Virus record (IMG/VR): IMGVR_UViG_641736224_000035
Origin: a virus
Taxonomy: Duplodnaviria > Heunggongvirae > Uroviricota > Caudoviricetes
Reading direction: 5' to 3' (one strand)
DNA length: 25,810 nucleotides
Below, piece after piece: positions 23,845-25,810 of the stretch (the stretch's first letter is position 1; each line of letters starts with the position of its first letter). A model generated the notes under the pieces. The model ran no database searches. It saw only the letters and a program-made list of their open reading frames with translations, and had not been told where the DNA came from. A program made the translations under genes and the position numbers.

Positions 23845-25346
23845 CAGTGAAATACTACGCCATTCTGACTAATCAGGGCGCAGCACGACTGGCTAACGCG
23901 ACGATGCTCGGCAGTAAGCTGAATCTGACGCAAATGGCCGTTGGTGATGCAAATGGTGTGTTACCAACACCAGACCCTGCACAAACAAAACTGATTAACC
24001 AGAAACGCATTGCACCGCTGAATCTTCTGAGTGTTGACCCTAACAATCAGAGCCAGATTATTGCGGAGCAAATCATCCCTGAAAACGAGGGAGGATTCTG
24101 GATCCGTGAGATTGGTCTTTATGATGATGAAGGTGTACTCATTGCGGTGGCAAACTGCCCGGAAACGTACAAACCGCAGTTGCAGGAAGGCAGTGGACGC
24201 ACCCAGACTATCCGCATGATTCTGGTTGTCACGAACACCGAAGCTATCACGCTGAAAATCGACCCGTCTGTGGTTCTGGCAACCCGCAAATATGTGGATG
24301 ATAAAATCTCAGAGCACGAACAGTCACGACGTCACCCGGACGCCTCGCTGACCGCAAAAGGTTTTACTCAGTTAAGCAGTGCAATTAACAGTGAATCAGA
24401 AACACTGGCCGCAACACCGAAAGCGGTTAAGGCTGCATATGACCTGGCTAACGGGAAATATACCGCCCAGAACGCCACCACTATACAAAAAGGGATTGTT
24501 CAGCTCAGTAGCGCCACGAACAGCACGTCTGAAACGCTGGCAGCGACACCAAAAGCTGTTAAGGTGGTAATGGATGAAACGAACAAGAAAGCACCATTAA
24601 ACAGCCCGGCACTGACCGGAACGCCAACAACACCAACAGCGCCACAGGGAACTAATAGTACCCAGATCGCAAGCACGGCTTTCGTTATGGCCGCGATTGC
24701 CGCACTTGTAGATTCGTCACCTGATGCACTGAACACGCTGAACGAACTGGCTGCGGCGCTGGGCAATGACCCGAATTTTGCGACCACCATGACTAACGCG
24801 CTTGCGGGTAAGCAACCGAAGGATGCCACCCTGACGGCGCTGGCGGAGCTTGCTACATCAGCAGATAAACTCCCATATTTTACAGGGGCAGATCGTGCCG
24901 CGTTAACCGCGTTGACAAGTGTTGGACGTGCCATTCTTGGTAAAACCAGCACTCAGGGAGTTCTTGATTACCTTGGTTTGGGAGAAGCGGCAAAACGGGA
25001 TGTGGGGACAGGGGAAAATCAGATACCGGACATGGCCTCTTTTGCCAGTGGTGATGGGTGGATGAAATTACCCAACGGGAAAATCCTGCAATATGGTCGT
25101 GGTGCGGTTACGCCGACATTATCGACGCAAACAATGAGAATTACATTCAGCATCCCTTTCCCCAAAAAAGCGGACTGCGCCATGCTTACTCATTCTGGTG
25201 ATGGCGGTGCGCCTTTAGGCGCTGGGCGAGGGTTCGTGATGACTGCAGAAGGCCCAACGTTAACCGGCTTTAATTCTGCTTACAGAACGTCATCAACCAG
25301 CGACACGGTATCGATGAATTACAGTTGGTGGGCTGTTGGTGAGTAA
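23841..25346 (+). CDS. H: Tail fibre protein (P2 gpH family) with divergent C-terminal receptor-binding part
   Basis: N-terminus MTVKYYAILTNQGAARLANA...KLNLTQMAVGDANG is the conserved H-type anchor; two copies of the tail-fibre repeat motif ...SETLAATPKAVK...; ATGA overlap with the I stop. Confidence 0.82.
   Translation: MTVKYYAILTNQGAARLANATMLGSKLNLTQMAVGDANGVLPTPDPAQTKLINQKRIAPLNLLSVDPNNQSQIIAEQIIPENEGGFWIREIGLYDDEGVLIAVANCPETYKPQLQEGSGRTQTIRMILVVTNTEAITLKIDPSVVLATRKYVDDKISEHEQSRRHPDASLTAKGFTQLSSAINSESETLAATPKAVKAAYDLANGKYTAQNATTIQKGIVQLSSATNSTSETLAATPKAVKVVMDETNKKAPLNSPALTGTPTTPTAPQGTNSTQIASTAFVMAAIAALVDSSPDALNTLNELAAALGNDPNFATTMTNALAGKQPKDATLTALAELATSADKLPYFTGADRAALTALTSVGRAILGKTSTQGVLDYLGLGEAAKRDVGTGENQIPDMASFASGDGWMKLPNGKILQYGRGAVTPTLSTQTMRITFSIPFPKKADCAMLTHSGDGGAPLGAGRGFVMTAEGPTLTGFNSAYRTSSTSDTVSMNYSWWAVGE
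24369..24566 (+). repeat. Two roughly 66-bp direct repeats inside the tail-fibre gene
   Basis: Segments 24369-24434 and 24501-24566 encode QLSSAINSESETLAATPKAVKA and QLSSATNSTSETLAATPKAVKV. Confidence 0.5.
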
Positions 25347-25366
25347 TTTTATTCAGGGTGATTTAT

Positions 25367-25810
25367 ATGAACGAATATGTTTATAGCGCAAGGCATAATG
25401 CTTTTTTCCCTGTGGATATGATTGATAAATATAAATCAGAGGGATGGGATTTATCAGACGCTAAGGAAGTAAATCAAAATATTATCAGTGAGTTTATGGC
25501 TGAACCGCCACAAGGAAAAATCCGTATTGCCGGAGATGATGGGCTGCCTGCGTGGGCAGATATTCCTCCACCCACGCATGAAGAGCTTATTGAAATTACT
25601 GAATCAGAAAGACAGCTACTAATTAACCAGGCCAACGAATACATGAACAGTAAGCAATGGCCCGGTAAAGCCGCTATTGGTCGTCTGAAAGGTGAGGAAC
25701 TGGCGCAATATAATTTGTGGCTGGATTATCTGGACGCACTGGAACTGGTTGATTCCTCCAGTGCGCCAGATATTGAATGGCCTACGCCTCCGGCAGTTCA
25801 GGCCAGATGA
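25367..25810 (+). CDS. Tail fibre assembly chaperone (Tfa / P2 gpG-like)
   Basis: C-terminus ...LWLDYLDALELVDSSSAPDIEWPTPP matches the conserved Tfa C-terminal motif; ATG 25367 (GTG 25358 alternative); stop at 25808-25810; AT-rich. Confidence 0.75.
   Translation: MNEYVYSARHNAFFPVDMIDKYKSEGWDLSDAKEVNQNIISEFMAEPPQGKIRIAGDDGLPAWADIPPPTHEELIEITESERQLLINQANEYMNSKQWPGKAAIGRLKGEELAQYNLWLDYLDALELVDSSSAPDIEWPTPPAVQAR

Larger units (their letters stand above)
1041..25810. mobile_element. P2-family (P2/186-like) prophage, partial; left boundary approximate, right end beyond window
   Basis: Collinear P2-type gene order: int, C repressor, early operon, gpA replication initiator, Q/P leftward, then O-N-M-L-X-lysis-R-S-V-W-J-I-H-tail fibre assembly rightward. 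attL cannot be placed without attR, so the true left end lies somewhere in 982-2214. Confidence 0.85.

Overview
This window is the junction between chromosomal DNA and one arm of a P2-family (P2/186-like) prophage. Positions 1-981 (minus strand) encode a complete BtuC vitamin B12 ABC-transporter permease; everything to the right looks phage-derived and runs off the end of the window. Left to right: a minus-strand terminator; a two-gene cargo pair directly downstream of the integrase (an AT-rich zinc-ribbon protein and a tail-anchored coiled-coil protein built from 33-bp tandem repeats); tyrosine integrase; C-type immunity repressor; a switch region with a perfect 20-bp palindrome; a rightward early operon of small, translationally coupled genes; an internal terminator and a GC-rich structured element; the gpA-type rolling-circle replication initiator; the A-cos-Q accessory interval, which here carries a ParM/ParR-type actin-like partition pair with candidate centromere repeats plus an autonomous promoter-leader-small ORF-terminator cassette; a candidate cos; and the late genes Q and P (leftward) and O, N, M, L, X, holin, M15-type endolysin, i-/o-spanin, R, S, V, W, J, I, H and a tail-fibre assembly chaperone (rightward). 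No rRNA, tRNA or CRISPR array was seen. The two accessory loci (1174-2212 and 10088-12560) are the best candidates for an undescribed system, but their function is inference only. All homology statements come from reading the translated ORFs and recalling the families; no database search was run, so product calls are hypotheses and start codons are approximate.
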